Source of the DNA: Octopus vulgaris | Taxonomy: Eukaryota | Assembly (NCBI GenBank): GCA_951406725.2 | Contig: OX597831.1 | Span: 28,520,001 to 28,584,000 of the forward strand | DNA: 64,000 bases | Direction of reading: 5' to 3' | Part shown: positions 1-15,385 of the stretch, in pieces | Numbering within the stretch: the stretch's first letter is position 1 | Layout: every line of letters starts with the position of its first letter | Notes under the pieces: generated by a model | What the model was told of the DNA's origin: nothing | The model's input: the letters and a program-made list of their open reading frames with translations, nothing else | Databases searched by the model: none | Translations under genes and position numbers: made by a program

Positions 1-1520
<1,520 letters not shown>

Positions 1521-1785
1521 TACATATACCCACGCATTAAAAGAATGAGAGTGGTGAAAGCATGAGAAGCGAGATTTCACAGCGTGTGAGTTAAACATAC
1601 GGGCTTCCTGTGTGTCTCGGATAATATTTTTTGTTCTGTGCACACATCTCCACACAATACACACAGAATATCCATTTCTTAGGCCGTTCCCAAGCTATTG
1701 ATGCAACAAACAGCATAATACGGATTCATGCACACAGGCCTGCATGAATCTAATCATACGTGCATAAGAAATTAGTGTATGTATG

Positions 1786-1848
<63 letters not shown>

Positions 1849-2166
1849 GGATGTAGATATATGGATATATGCATATGTATGTACACATGTATGCACACTC
1901 GTATATGCACTCACGCAATGCATATATGTATGTATTATGCATGTGTATAAAACTTACATTTCGGATAATCCCGAACGAATCGCTTTGAAGTGGTCTGTTA
2001 ATCATTAACTAATTAACACGCGCTCACGCACACACACTCACACACATACATTACACGTATATTAGTTAAACATCCACAGGTATGAATTGATACATACACG
2101 TATGTGTTTGTATGTGTGTGTGTATGTGGGTATGTGCATGTATATACATATATATATATTATTGGT

Positions 2167-2410
2167 GATATATGCAAATATCATTTACATATTTCGAAAG
2201 GCGCAAAATCCGATGGAATAATGGGACCATATTGTCTTTCTCTTCAGGAAGAAAATAGGAAATCCGTTGGAAAAACTTATTTGAACTATGCTCCTAAGAG
2301 CCCATGGGCTCTTAGGAGCATGTTCGATTTGTTTTGTCCCCTCGTTCTGTTTTTGTTTTTCCAACGGATTTCCTATTTTCTTCCTGAAGAGAAAGACAAT
2401 ATGGTCCCAT
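2167..2410 (-). mobile_element. Fold-back element: 56-bp perfect inverted repeat, inner 34-bp palindrome and a hammerhead-like core
   Basis: 2221-2276 is the exact reverse complement of 2355-2410, and 2288-2321 is a perfect palindrome. Minus strand 2247-2169 reads CTGAAGA GAAAG...CTTTC GAAA TATGTAAAT(gat)ATTTGCATA TA. Confidence 0.7.
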
Positions 2411-2672
2411 ATATGTAGAATGAAATAAACGATTTCTGTTCATCTGCGTTCACTCCATTTCTTCAATTCACCAATAATGTTCTATTTCATATATTGCAAC
2501 ACCATATGGTTGTACCTCCAACCGTGCTGTTTTACTATTTTTGCTACTAAGGTATCGGTTAAACTTTTGATTAATCTACTACAAGATTATTCATCTTTCT
2601 ATTTCACATAATATATATATATGTATGTATATATGCAAATATCCATATACGCACAAATCTTATTTGAATCAT

Positions 2673-2754
<82 letters not shown>

Positions 2755-3801
2755 GATATATATATATATATATACATATATATATACTTACAACACATAC
2801 TTACGTTCATACATACAGAAAGACGGACAGACAGACATAACTAGCGACATAGATAGATTGACACATAGATAGATAGATAGATTAGTAGACAGATATGTAT
2901 GTACATTTGGCTATTGTGTGTATATGTTTATGCGCGTGTGTATATGTACACACACACACACACACACACACATATATCAATATGTCTTTCGATTCCCGCT
3001 TGATCTCCTCCTCTCCTTATTCGCCGCACCTTTATTTCAGTCACTGATCACAATATACCGATGTGGTTGCCATATTGACATGCACTTAAGATGCATCTAT
3101 AATTTATCATTTCATTCATCATTTACTGGCATGAGGGCGAAGAGATGGCAGAGTCGTTAGAATGCTTCGCAGTATTTGTTCCGGCTTATTACGTCCTGAG
3201 TTCGAATACCTTTAAATCGAATTTGCCGTTTATTCTTTTCCGGTTCGATAAAAAAAGTACCGGTTGACCACTGGGGTCGATATAATCAACCCACAGCCTT
3301 CCACTAAATTCGCTGGCCTTGTGTCAGGATTTGAAACCGTTATATACGCATCCACATATATATCAAAATTTGCGTTGGTCGCTTGCTACTCGGAGTTTCA
3401 CCTACGAGTGCAGAGAATTTTTCAGGAAAATTATGACACAGCACTGCTTTTGACACTGTGCATTCATAGGCAAAGGTGTGACTGTGTGGTAAGAAGCTTG
3501 CTTCCTAACTTCATGGTCCCGGGTTCAGTCTCACTGCGTGGCACCTTGTTCAAGTGTCTTCTAGTATAACCTCGTGCCAACCAAAGCCTTGTGAGTGGAT
3601 TTGGTAGACGGAAACTGAAAGAAGTCCATTGTATACATACGACCGAAATGAGGAGTAGATAGACAACCGACAACTGATGAAGAGTCGTTCTTTGTATTAC
3701 TTGTCCTGTTTTCCATATTTTTCACTCGTTGTTAGCGTATTTAACTCATTTGTTTTCGTATTTCAAGTTGTTTGCTGTTAGTAACGTCCTGTACCTATAT
3801 A

Positions 3802-3847
<46 letters not shown>

Positions 3848-3889
3848 CACATACACACACACATAAGTATATATATATGAAGTAGATGT

Positions 3890-5130
3890 TGCGTCAGTGA
3901 ATTTAAAGTATTTAATATGGTTTTGAAAGTAGACATATTTTTCTTTTTATTAATTCAATAGTGGTGATTAAATCAAAGGAAACTAAATCTATTAATCTAT
4001 GATTTTGCGTTGCTATGTAGTAAATTATGGAACTTTATGTAATCCAGAGCTTTCTTGTTATGTATTTAAATGGAGAAGTTTTTTTTTTCTTTATTCCCTA
4101 ATTTTCAGAAATGTTATGGTTGTGAAGGAATTGAAATCAGGAAGATATCGTTAATCGTTTAAGTTTCATAAATTGTTATAAGCTATTTAGGGCTTTGAAA
4201 ATGATGTATTGCCTCATAAACTATGTTAAATGCGTTATAAAGGAAGCTATGCAGAGGCAGAAGCGAAATAATAGTATAAATGGTAATGGCAACCAGATAA
4301 AGGATAATGTCTAATAATGTATAATAACCAGGTGCATTAAAAGTAATAATTTATAAAGAATCAGGTAGGGATGGATAACTATGACATGTATTTAAAAAGA
4401 AATTCCGTGTTGCTATGATGAAATAACGGTGATAATGATAGGCATGCGTGTATATGTTTAAAGTGTGTGTATATATGTGAGGAACTATGATGTGCGACCA
4501 GGAAGAAATTTATGTTTTGGGAAAGGATTGTGATTATCTATAATTTACTCAAAGTTAAAGAAGATAAATACTAACTGTAGGGTTGTGGTTGTAAGCAGTT
4601 GTGTTCAAACAATACCGCCACAACCGTCTATTAAAAATGGCGTTGTGTTAACACGTACGTTCATATGTCAGAGAGTCTACTACAAACAGTAGGTGTAGTT
4701 TAAGTTATAACTGTTATATTCTCCGAAAATAAGCGAACATAGAGGGAAAAGGTATTTAAGTAAATGTTGGATTTGTGATGTGGGTTTGAGAGATGTATTT
4801 TAATACGAGCATAATACGAGCAATGAAATTACTTTTGATTTATGCGTGTGCTTCCATTATACAAACGTGTGTAATTTGGAACACTGATTAGGCTTGAGTT
4901 GAATGTTAGATGTTAATAGAGTTGGGTGTTGGCGATAGTTAGCTTTAGTAAAAGGTAAAAATTAGGATTAATAGCTAGATATTATTCATGTATAAATAGT
5001 TAATTACAAATAAAATACTATATCAGGGTGTGGTTTAGAGAGAGAGAGAGAGAGAGATGTCTGTATAATTATGAGAAAGATGTGAGGAGGATTGATGAGA
5101 AGTAGATTAGAATGAACTAATATTGGAGAA
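3890..5130 (-). mobile_element. Possible very old Penelope-like RT remnant
   Basis: The minus strand near 4135-4165 gives ..INDIFLI (YIDDIF-like). Otherwise heavily degenerate, with approximate limits. Confidence 0.3.
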
Positions 5131-5334
5131 GATAGATATATATATATTTTATGTAGCTGAAGATTGCTCTACATTTTAAATTGATGTAATGTTTGCATTG
5201 TTCAATTAAATGGAGTCGCATGAAACAATCGTGCTGCATTACCTCTGGATATCCTTGTTGCTTATTTTGATGATAGATAGGTAGATAGATAGATAAGTAG
5301 GTAGATAGATAGATAGATTGATAGACAGACAGGC

Positions 5335-5421
<87 letters not shown>

Positions 5422-5580
5422 GTTAAGTCGCTCTTGTGCTACTCTCTTTAGTTGTAACTTTCGAATGATGCCACATCGCTGGTTAGGCGATAGGAAAGCA
5501 GGCCAACTCTCCCCCTGACCGGAAATCACCGCTGGGTTAAAGTAAATAAGAAATTCAGAGTATATATATTAGAGGAAGTA

Positions 5581-6110
5581 TACAAGGTGCATGCCAAAGG
5601 TTTTGAGACTTTTTTAAAGAGAGATATTAATTCGAAGTACAAAACCCTAATCTCTTTCGAAGGAGGCTCCTCTAACTATGATGTATTTGTTGCAGAGCTC
5701 CAGCCATTTCGTGAAGGCTCCATGGAAATCCTACAAAATGAAGGTGTCCAGGACTTTGTACAGCCTCCTTCATCTAAGTATTTTCAAAAAGATTGGCCCC
5801 GAAGTTCTCTTTCTGTTTGGGGTACAATAAAAGCCATAGGAAGCATGGTCTCGACTGTATGGAGGGTAACGGAGAGTTTTGGTGCTCATCTCCGTCAAGA
5901 AGGTGGTTGCCAGGATGGAACTGTGGACTAGTGCATTGTCCTGGGCCAAATGCTTTAGTCTTTTGCGACGATATCTCTTCCTGAACTCCCTCACCAAAAT
6001 TCTATAAAGTACTCTTTGTTGACCGGCTGACCAGAGGGAAATCAATGGATAGAGATGATGACCCTGCTGTCGGATAAAGAGATCATTATGAGCTTCCCGG
6101 TGGACTTACT
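5581..6110 (-). mobile_element. Mariner transposase 3' remnant
   Basis: Minus-strand frames give QDNALVH, YPPYSRDHA (YSPDLAP-like), MKEAV and DFHGAFTKWLELCNKYI..G..FE.D. A terminus-like TACAAGGTG...AAAGGTTTTGAGACT lies at 5581. Confidence 0.85.
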
Positions 6111-6169
6111 TTGCTTGACCTCTTGAGTCGGCGAAAAGCAACAGATCCGCTCATGCAGGTTAATGTATA

Positions 6170-7110
6170 TATTTCTTTATTGCCCACAGGGGGCGAAACA
6201 CAGAGGGGACAAACAAAGGCATCAAGTCGATTACATCGACCACAGTGCGTGACCGGTACTTATTTAATCGGCCCCGAAAGGATGAAAGCAAAGTCGACCT
6301 CGGCGGAATTTGAACTAGGAACGTAACAGCAGACGAAATACCTATTCCTTTACTACCCACAAGGGGCTAAACACAGAGAGGACAAACAAGGACATACAAA
6401 CGGATTAAGTCGATTATATCGACCCCAGTGTGCAACTGGTACTTAATTTATCGACCCTGAAAGGATGAAAGGCAAAGTCGACCTCGGCGGAATTTGAACT
6501 CAGAACGTAACGGCAGACAAAATACGGCTACGCATTTCACCCTGCGTGCTAACGTTTCTGCCTGCTCGCCGCCTTAGAGATTCTTCAAATACCGCCCTAC
6601 CAACAACAACAACAACAACAGACGAAATATCGCTATGCATTTCGCCCGGCGTGCTAACGTTTCTTATTTCTTTATTGCCCACAAGGGGCTACACAGAGGG
6701 GACAAACAAGGACAGACAAAGGGATTAAGTCGATTATATCGACCCCAGTGCGTAACTGGTGCTTATTTAATCGACCCCGAAAGGATGGAAGCAAAGTCGA
6801 CCTCGTCGGAATTTGAACTCAGAACGTAACGGCAGACGATATACCACTAAGCATTTCGCCCGACGTGCTAACGTTTCTCATTTCTTTATTGCCCACAGGG
6901 GGTTAAACATAGAGGGAACAAACAAGGACAGACGAAGGGATTAGTCGATTATATCGACCCCAGTGTGTAAGTGGTACTTAATTTATCGACCCCGAAATGA
7001 TGAAAGGCAAAGTCGACCTCGGCGGAATTTGAACTCAGAACGTAACGGCAGACGATATACCGCCAGGCATTTAGCCCAGCGTGCTAACGTTTCTGCCAGC
7101 TCGCCACCCT
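6170..7110 (-). mobile_element. Tandem multimer of tRNA-derived SINE family A (about 4-5 units)
   Basis: Repeated units carry a GGCGAGCTGGCAGAAACGTTAG A-box-like head, a GAGTTCAAATTC B box, a GCCTTTCATCCTTTCGGGGTCGATAAA core and a GCCCCTTGTGGG..AAAGAAATAGG tail. Confidence 0.9.
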
Positions 7111-7394
7111 TGCAAGTTAATGTATAAGCAGTCCGGAACGTTTCATAAGATTAGGCAGCATTTTTACTCAGTTTAACACAAAACTATCTCATAGCGAGTT
7201 TCCATATTGTCTTCACAGTCTGACTGCATTCTGCAAGGTAGTCAACAGTGACAAGCAGTGTTTAACAGGATGCATTCAAAGAGCAGTTAAAGGCCGTCTC
7301 CCTCAATCTGAAATAAGAAAATTTGTGAGTTCGGTTTATTAGATGTACAGTAATGTCATACTAAAATTTAAAAAAATAATGTAGGACAGTTAAT

Positions 7395-7523
7395 ACTGCC
7401 TCCCCTATAACACCACCAGTCACCCCACACGTCCTATGTAAAGCACTTTTAACGCAGTGAAAATAAGAGCACCACAAACAACCACATCTCATTCGCAAGG
7501 CACACGCGATAAAAATAAGACGA

Positions 7524-7614
<91 letters not shown>

Positions 7615-7830
7615 TGAGGCTCGTAGCAAACAAGCTGATGTAGACCAGAAGCCCCCATCAATGGCTATGGGGCTAAGGGCTAAAAGCCGAGTGTGAAGGC
7701 TTTATCTTGGCTGCCCAAGAGCACTTGTAGAGTACAAATCAAGACATGACACAGTTGGCCTGTATCTACACTGGATAATGTGACGGCATTATAAAAATCA
7801 AACCTACTGAGAAATGGTACAAGTCTCAAA
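7395..7830 (+). mobile_element. Two R4/Dong-like LINE fragments separated by (AAT)n
   Basis: 7395-7530 is homologous to 11510-11600. 7614-7830 translates across frameshifts to GLKAECEGFILAAQE and EYKSRHDTVGLYLHW...KWY (post-RT region). Confidence 0.65.
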
Positions 7831-7883
7831 ACTTCTGTAGAGCACCTCATATGGAAATATACGATATACATATATGGGGGATA

Positions 7884-8525
7884 TGAGCTGGCAGAAACAT
7901 TTGCACGCCGAGTGAAATGCTTAGCGGTATTTCGTCTGCGTTACGTTGTGAGTTCAAATTCAGCCGAGGTCGACTTTGCCTTTCATCCTTTCGGGGTCGA
8001 TAAATTAAGTATCAGTTACGCACTGGGGTCGATGTAATCGACTTAATACCTATGTCTGTCCTTGTTTGTCCCCTCTGTGTTTAGCCCCTTGTGGGTAATA
8101 AAGAAATAGGTATTTCGTCTGCCGTTCCGTTCTGAGTTCAAATTCCGCCGAGGTCGACTTTGCCTTTCATCCTTTCGGAGTCGATTAAATAAGTACCTAT
8201 TTCTTTACTACCCACAAGGGGCTAAACACAGAGGAAAAACAAGGACAGACAAACGGATTAAGTCGATTATATCGACCCCAGTGCGTATCTGATACTTATT
8301 TTATCGACCCCGAAAGGATGAAAGGCAAAGTCGACCTCGGCGGAATTTGAACTCAGAACGTAGCGGTAGACGAAATACCACAAAGCATTTCGCCCGGTGT
8401 GTTAACGTTTCTGCCAGCTCCCCGATTAAAGTACCAGTTACGCACTGGGGTCGATATAATCGACTTTATCCGTTTGTGTTTCCTCTCTGTGTTTAGCCCC
8501 TTGTGGGTAGTAAAGAAATAGATAT
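7884..8525. mobile_element. Nested cluster of SINE family A
   Basis: A plus-strand dimer is interrupted by a minus-strand copy (~8193-8422). GATTAA..AAGTACC is duplicated on both sides. Confidence 0.88.
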
Positions 8526-8790
8526 ATTAATATATGATATATGTATAAGGATATGTGAAGCATGTATAAAGGGAGTAGAAAAGTATATAAGGAATCAAAG
8601 TATAAGGGTAAAAGGAAAATATAAAACAGAAATATATCAACATTAAGGATATACAAATTTGTATAAAACTAGAGAGAACATTAAAATAAAATTAATAATA
8701 TAAAGATTAAATAATATAATTACAGAAATATATATACTCACACACACACACATATGTACAAGTATGTATGTATGTATGTATGTATGTATG

Positions 8791-8854
<64 letters not shown>

Positions 8855-8926
8855 CCTGTCCCTCTGTTTCTCATCATCTCTTTACACGTGTGTGAGTGAA
8901 TGAGTGTGTGTGAGTGTGTATGTTTG

Positions 8927-8959
<33 letters not shown>

Positions 8960-9218
8960 TTAAAGGGCTAAAAAACCACTATGTGGTTAGCCATATGCTA
9001 GAAGTAGATCACCTGCGATCAAACTACAAAGAAAAGAATGTTCTCTAGAGAAAAATTCAGCGGACACCAGAACAATATGCGGTCAAGACAGATGAAAATC
9101 ATATAAAAAACAAGAATTAATCGCAGACCTGGGTTTCGCCTATTAACAAATGCCAGGCTACTGGTTTTAAATTGATATTAATTATATTAATATTCAATTT
9201 ATCTCCCTCATTATTTCC

Positions 9219-9268
<50 letters not shown>

Positions 9269-9311
9269 GTATATATATATAAAGATATATACACACATAT
9301 ATATGTACAAG

Positions 9312-9362
<51 letters not shown>

Positions 9363-9365
9363 TTA

Positions 9366-9416
<51 letters not shown>

Positions 9417-9604
9417 CGTGTGTGTGTGTATACTTTCCAACATGGCAACCTGGCGAATTTCGTGATGCTTGTGCATAAAGAAACTAAGTCAGAAGTTGGT
9501 GTTGGTTTCAATAGAATAAGCCATATACACACATACACACGTATGCACATATACATAAGCATATATACATACCTATGTATGTATACATATACGCACACGT
9601 AATC

Positions 9605-9635
<31 letters not shown>

Positions 9636-10844
9636 ACCGTATTTATCTACCTTCACCCTCCTCTTTTCGGGTTAGCAATAATTGAATGATGTTAGTTTAC
9701 ACAGTGTTTCATTGTTTTAAGAGAAACCGACCTAATCTCCTCTCCTGTAATAGTTTTCTATCAAACATCCATTACATCTGGCGTAGCTGTAACAATAGAA
9801 AGACAACCAACAGGGAATTGCCTTCAAAGATGGCTACGAGTAAACGTAGCCATCTTTGACTTGCTATAAATGTTTATAAATAGAAATCTCTTAGCAGGAT
9901 ACATTTTGTCTTCCAAGATGGAGTAATGGTGACAACGATAATACGCGTATAATATTTTGTTGTATATAACTGCAGTGTACTGTGGAGGCACGTGGCTTAG
10001 TGGTTAGAATGTTAGCACCATGATCGTAAGATTGTGGTTTCGATTTCTGGACTGGGCGACGCGTTGTGTTTTTGAGCAAAACACTTCATTTCACGTTGCT
10101 CCAGTCCACTCAGCTGGCAAAAATGAGTAACGCTGCAATGGACTGGCGTCCCGTCCAGCTGGGGAACACATACGCCATTGAAACCGGGAAACCGGGCCCA
10201 TGACCTGGTTATGCTTTAAAAGGGCGCATTTATTAATTTATATAACCGCAGTATTGCCTAGATGGAGGTATATAATGTTCGTCTTATGTGTTATGTTCCA
10301 CATAAAGTATATATAAATATAAACTCTATTGTCTGGAGTGTGTAATGTTAATAACAGGTTTGGGTAACCAAGCGATCTGCATGAGTTATGACTCATCATC
10401 AGGTAGGCTGCACTACAAGAAAATTTCAAGTTATGGGGACGTAAACACACCAACATTGGTTGTCAAGTGATGGTGGGGGTGCAAACACAGACATACAAAC
10501 ATTTACATGTATATATATATATATATATATATACGACGGGCTTCTTTCAGAAACCGTCTACCAAATCCACTCACAAGGCTTTGATCGGCCCGAGGCTATA
10601 GTAGAAGACACGTCCCCATAACTTAGTGGTTGGGCAAAAATGACCGATAGAATATGTACAAAAATTACCAATAGAATAGGCTTACAAAGAATAAGTCCAT
10701 GGGTCGGTTTGTTCGACTATAGGCTGTGCTCCAGCATGACTGCAATCAAATGACTGAAGCAAATAAAAGAATAAAAGACTAACCTTATACACATACACAC
10801 GCGCACACACATGTATAGAGGGGGGACAGACGAGGGGAGAGGGT

Positions 10845-10884
<40 letters not shown>

Positions 10885-11294
10885 ATATAGGTTGTATAGT
10901 GATGTCTGGTATTCATAGCAGACAGTTTTAAAAGTACATTTCAACCAATGAACTTTGACTAACTATAGAGATTTAATTACTAATTAGCTTGACATATTGT
11001 AACATATTGACAGAAATATTGAGTTTGGAATATAGGGGAAAGAACAAATACAAACAATTAACATTAGCTTTACTGTTACTTTTAATGATATTAACTCTTT
11101 TCTAGAAAAGGCACAAAACATGGAATTTTGGTGGGAGGAGGAAAATTACATCAAGCCCGGTTTTTGGATAGTTATTATTTCCTCGCCAACGAAAGGATGA
11201 AGAGGAAAGTCGACCTCTGCGGAATTTCAACACAAAGCATAAAGATGGACGAAAGGTCGTCAAGCATTATCTTTGGTGTTCTGTCAGCTCGCCG

Positions 11295-11600
11295 CCCATG
11301 TATTAATACCAACAGATGACAATGCTTCTCTAAAAGAAATGGAGAAACTTTCATAATACAAAACCAGGTTAACTCGAATGTGGGTCCTAAAAACAGAAAC
11401 AATTGCTATTTTAGTGGGCGCATTGGGTATTATATATATAAAAAGAACCATTCAGATAAATACATAAGAAAAACACCAGGACGTACAAGTATATATAACA
11501 TACAAAACTGTAACACCACTGGGCACCGCACACGTCCTATGTAAAGCACTTTCAATGTAGTGAAAATAAGAGCACCACTACAAACCACAGCTCATATGCA
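11295..11600 (+). mobile_element. R4/Dong-like (RLE-type) non-LTR retrotransposon 3' fragment
   Basis: LKEMEKLS*YK..TRMW.LKTETIAILVGALG...LGTAHVL matches the restriction-like endonuclease C-terminus. A homologous 3' end at ~7395-7530 terminates in (AAT)n. Confidence 0.75.
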
Positions 11601-11797
11601 CTAACGAGCCTCAAATTTGGGGGACGTGTATAGTCGATAACATCGAACCCAGTACTCAACTGGTACTTCCTTCATCGACCCAGAAAAGATGAAATGCATA
11701 GTCAACCCTGGCGAAATTTGAACTCAGAACGTAAAGACGGGCAAAATATCGCTAAGCATTTTGTCAGACGTGCTAACGATTCTGCCATCTCGCCACC

Positions 11798-11872
<75 letters not shown>

Positions 11873-12330
11873 GGGCTACAGCAAATGTTCTGCTCAATAC
11901 CACAGATTTGCTTGTCAGTTGTTTGACCTTAACCAGTTGAGCATGTCCCTTAGTGGCTGACGATATGTGCATCTCTGATCACGAGCAGAAGTAGTGGGGG
12001 AGCATCATAGCCATGTGTTGAGAGGGATTCTTTGGGGTTTGAATAATTCACCTCTGGAAACATGGGTGGTTCTTTCAACATCCTTAAACAACCCTTATTC
12101 AGGGACCTTTTGAGCGGGATGGGCTACTCAACCTGAAGAAAATTCTAACTGGGCCCCACCTGCAAGGTCATGTGCTGTTTATCTTGATATGAGATCACCA
12201 TGTCGCGCACATAAGGTTGTGATGCATGTGCCTGGTGTACCCTTATCAGACGGGTAGTCATGATGGGTATATTGGGCTTCGTATATTTTACCCCAGTGTC
12301 ACTTTGATGGCATGCACTGCTCTCTCACTC
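11873..12330 (+). mobile_element. Non-coding retroposon-like repeat within (AAT)n, copy 1
   Basis: Near-identical to 13871-14328. Flanked on both sides by (AAT)n and ends CTCTCTCACTC(AAT)n. Confidence 0.85.
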
Positions 12331-12412
<82 letters not shown>

Positions 12413-13250
12413 TAATCTCAAATTTTAAAACAAACTCATAAATTTCTTATGGCTTCTTAAACATTCTCTAGAACAATACTATGTATAAAACCAAATATAT
12501 GGCTACCTAGGCATAACACCAACATGTACTTCCAACCTGTTGTCTCTTAAGGTCTCTGGGTGAGACTTGGAGCCAACTTGTACAAATGCAATGCAAAAGT
12601 CCAACATAAATTAATAATAATAACAATAATAATAATAATAATGATGATAATTTCTATTATTCACAGAATGTCTGAAATTTGTGAGGAGGTCTAAGTCGAT
12701 TAAATCTACGTCAGTGCTCACTTGGTACTTCTTTCATCAATCGTGAGAGGAAGAAAGCAAAGTCGACCTGGGCGGGATTTGAACTCAGAAAGTGTGCATT
12801 TTGTCCAGTGTGCTAACGATTCTGCCAGCTCAATATTAACAATAATACGAGCATACTAATTAACGAGAAAGCAATATCAAATGTCTTTGAAGTTGCTGCA
12901 GAATCTTGGTGAAAATCTGAAGAATTACAGCTATTTAGATGTCGAACTCAAAACAATATCACTGTTATGGAATTTGTGTTTGTTCTGATATGAAATTGGC
13001 ACCACTAAAGTGGCACATTTCTGCAGAGTCTTTGATAGATTAGGTTCCAGAAAATAGCAATTCTAGGATCTGTAAACATTGCTTGGGACTTTCTTACATG
13101 GCTTTTGTTAACTTTGTACAGTTATGTTAACTATAAATATTTTTGTTCATCAGAAATCCTCTTAGGTATGTTTTCACAGATGTACCCACAATTTGAAGGG
13201 GAGCAAATTTTTGTGGAATTTCGTAAACTATGAGAAATAATTATAATACA

Positions 13251-13630
13251 TAGGCCTAGGAGTGGCTGTGTGGTAAGTAGCTTGCTTACGGACCACATGG
13301 TTCCGGGTTCAGTCCCGCTGCGTGGCACCTTGGGCAAGTGTCTTCTACTATAGCCTCGAGCCGACCAAAGCCTTGTCAATGGATTTGGTTGACGAAAACA
13401 GAAAGAAGCCCGTCGTATATGTGTGTGTATATGTTTGTGTGTCTGTGTTTGTCTCCCCAACATCGCTTGACAACCGATGCTGGTGTGTTTACGTCCTCGT
13501 AACTTAGCTGTTCAGCAAAAGAGACCGATAAAATCAGTACTAGGCTTGCAAAGAATAAGTCCTGGGGTCGATTTGCTCGACTAAAGGCAGTGCTCCAGCA
13601 TGGCCACTGTCAAATGACTGAAACAAGTAA
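13251..13630 (+). mobile_element. tRNA-derived SINE family B, CORE-like (other copies at ~3467-3635+, 10430-10610-, 10610-10775+, 16890-17287-, 17405-17585-, 32236-32890+, 45050-45260+, 47522-47940+, 52923-53085-)
   Basis: TGGCTGTGTGGTAAG A box, GGTTCAGTCCC B box, ACCTTGGGCAAGT CORE-like motif, an internal microsatellite and an AAATGACTGAAACAAGTAAA tail. Confidence 0.9.
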
Positions 13631-13721
13631 AGTGTATGATGACGATGATGACAAAGATGATGACGACGATGACAACAATAACAACAACAACAACAACAAT
13701 AATAACAATAACAGCAACGAC

Positions 13722-13772
<51 letters not shown>

Positions 13773-13773
<1 letters not shown>

Positions 13774-14328
13774 TGCCCTGATGCAGTACCAGGCAGTGGC
13801 TCTCATGGCTTCTGATCTTAATTGATTGGAAGTGTTATCATGTACATTGTTTTGTCTTGGTATAAAAGATGGGCTACAGCAAATATTCTGCTCAATACCA
13901 CAGATTTGCTTGTCAGTTGTTTGACCTTAACCAGTTGAGCATGTCCCTTAGTGGCTGACGATATGTGCATCTCTGATCACGAGCAGAAGTAGTGGGGGAG
14001 CATCATAGCCATGTGTTGAGAGGGATTCTTTGGGGTTTGAATAGTTCACCTCTGGAAACATGGGTGGTTCTTTCAACATCCTTAAACAACCCTTATTCAG
14101 GGACCTTCTGAGCGGGATGGGCTACTCAAACTGAAGAAAATTCTAACCGGGCCCCACCTGCAAGGACATGTGCTGTTTATCTTGATATGAGATCATCATG
14201 TTGCGCACATATGGTTGTGATGCATGTGCCTGGTGTACCCTTATCAGACGGGTAGTCATGGTGGGTATATTGGGCTTCGTATATTTTACCCCAGAGTCAC
14301 TTTGATGGCATGAACTGCTCTCTCACTC
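13773..14328 (+). mobile_element. Non-coding retroposon-like repeat within (AAT)n, copy 2 (98 bp longer at the 5' end)
   Basis: Same 3' end as copy 1 with a different 5' limit, flanked by (AAT)n. Confidence 0.85.
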
Positions 14329-15325
14329 AATAATAATAATAATAATAATAATAATACAGCCAACAAAAATTCTGACAATTAATGTCAGAGTATATAATAT
14401 TTTTAATGAAATTTCATGGTTCGCATGTTTGTGAGTTCCTCATTGTACAGGAAATTGGTTTTGACCTTCAAAAGTCTTTATCTCTTGTAGATCTCCAATT
14501 CAACTGCGACCAACATACAAGTGACCATGCTGGAAATTGTTTCTGGTGTTAAAAATAGTAACTTATAAGAATTAAATACAGAAAAGCGGATATTTATCCG
14601 TAAGCTTTTCTTAAGTGGATTGTAAAGAACGGCGATTCATAGTTTACTTCGTTAAAAATAATTTTCCAAAGTTGTCACATAACGCCTTAAACGACCAAGT
14701 TGAGAATAACGTGTGTGTGTGTGTGTGTGTGTGTTTGTACATACATACAGACAAATCGAGGGAAAGAGCGAGCGAGAGAGAGAGGTGTTTTCGGTGAGAG
14801 ATGGAGGAAAAGGCAGAGACAGAACGCTGCCGATGCGTCGCTTGACTTTGTGAAATTACATGTTCTGCATTCATTACTGTTCAATAATAAAATGAATTTT
14901 GAAATGTCTGTCAGAAGATAGTCATTGAAGTGTTTTCTGAAATGGCTGAACAGAGGAAACTGAATTGAACAATGTTTGTGAGTTGTCTAGATAAATTGTG
15001 CATTGGATGAAAGATCGATGTAAAACCAGTGATAGACAGACACAGCCAGCTAGACAGATATATGGCATTTCTTGACGCGAAGCAAGTATCTTATTAGAAT
15101 TTAAGAGAGAAAAACAAATATTTATTCGTAAGTTTTCTTAGGAGAAAATTAAAGAACGGAGATTCATAATTTTCTCTCAATTCTGTAATAAACTTGCTAA
15201 TTCTAAAATATATCGTTTTTTTTCCCAATGTAGTTTAATATCTTTAAGACTGCGTTGTAGAATATATATGTGTATTTTAAAAAAGAATTGAGATAAAACT
15301 CAAAGAGAAAAGGTACATACATACA

Positions 15326-15385
<60 letters not shown>

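Noticed and set aside
9122-9160. Minus-strand GCCT..AGGC GAAAC CCAG GTC hammerhead half
   Set aside because: The CUGAnGA strand and stem I partner are missing, so it is at best a truncated relic.
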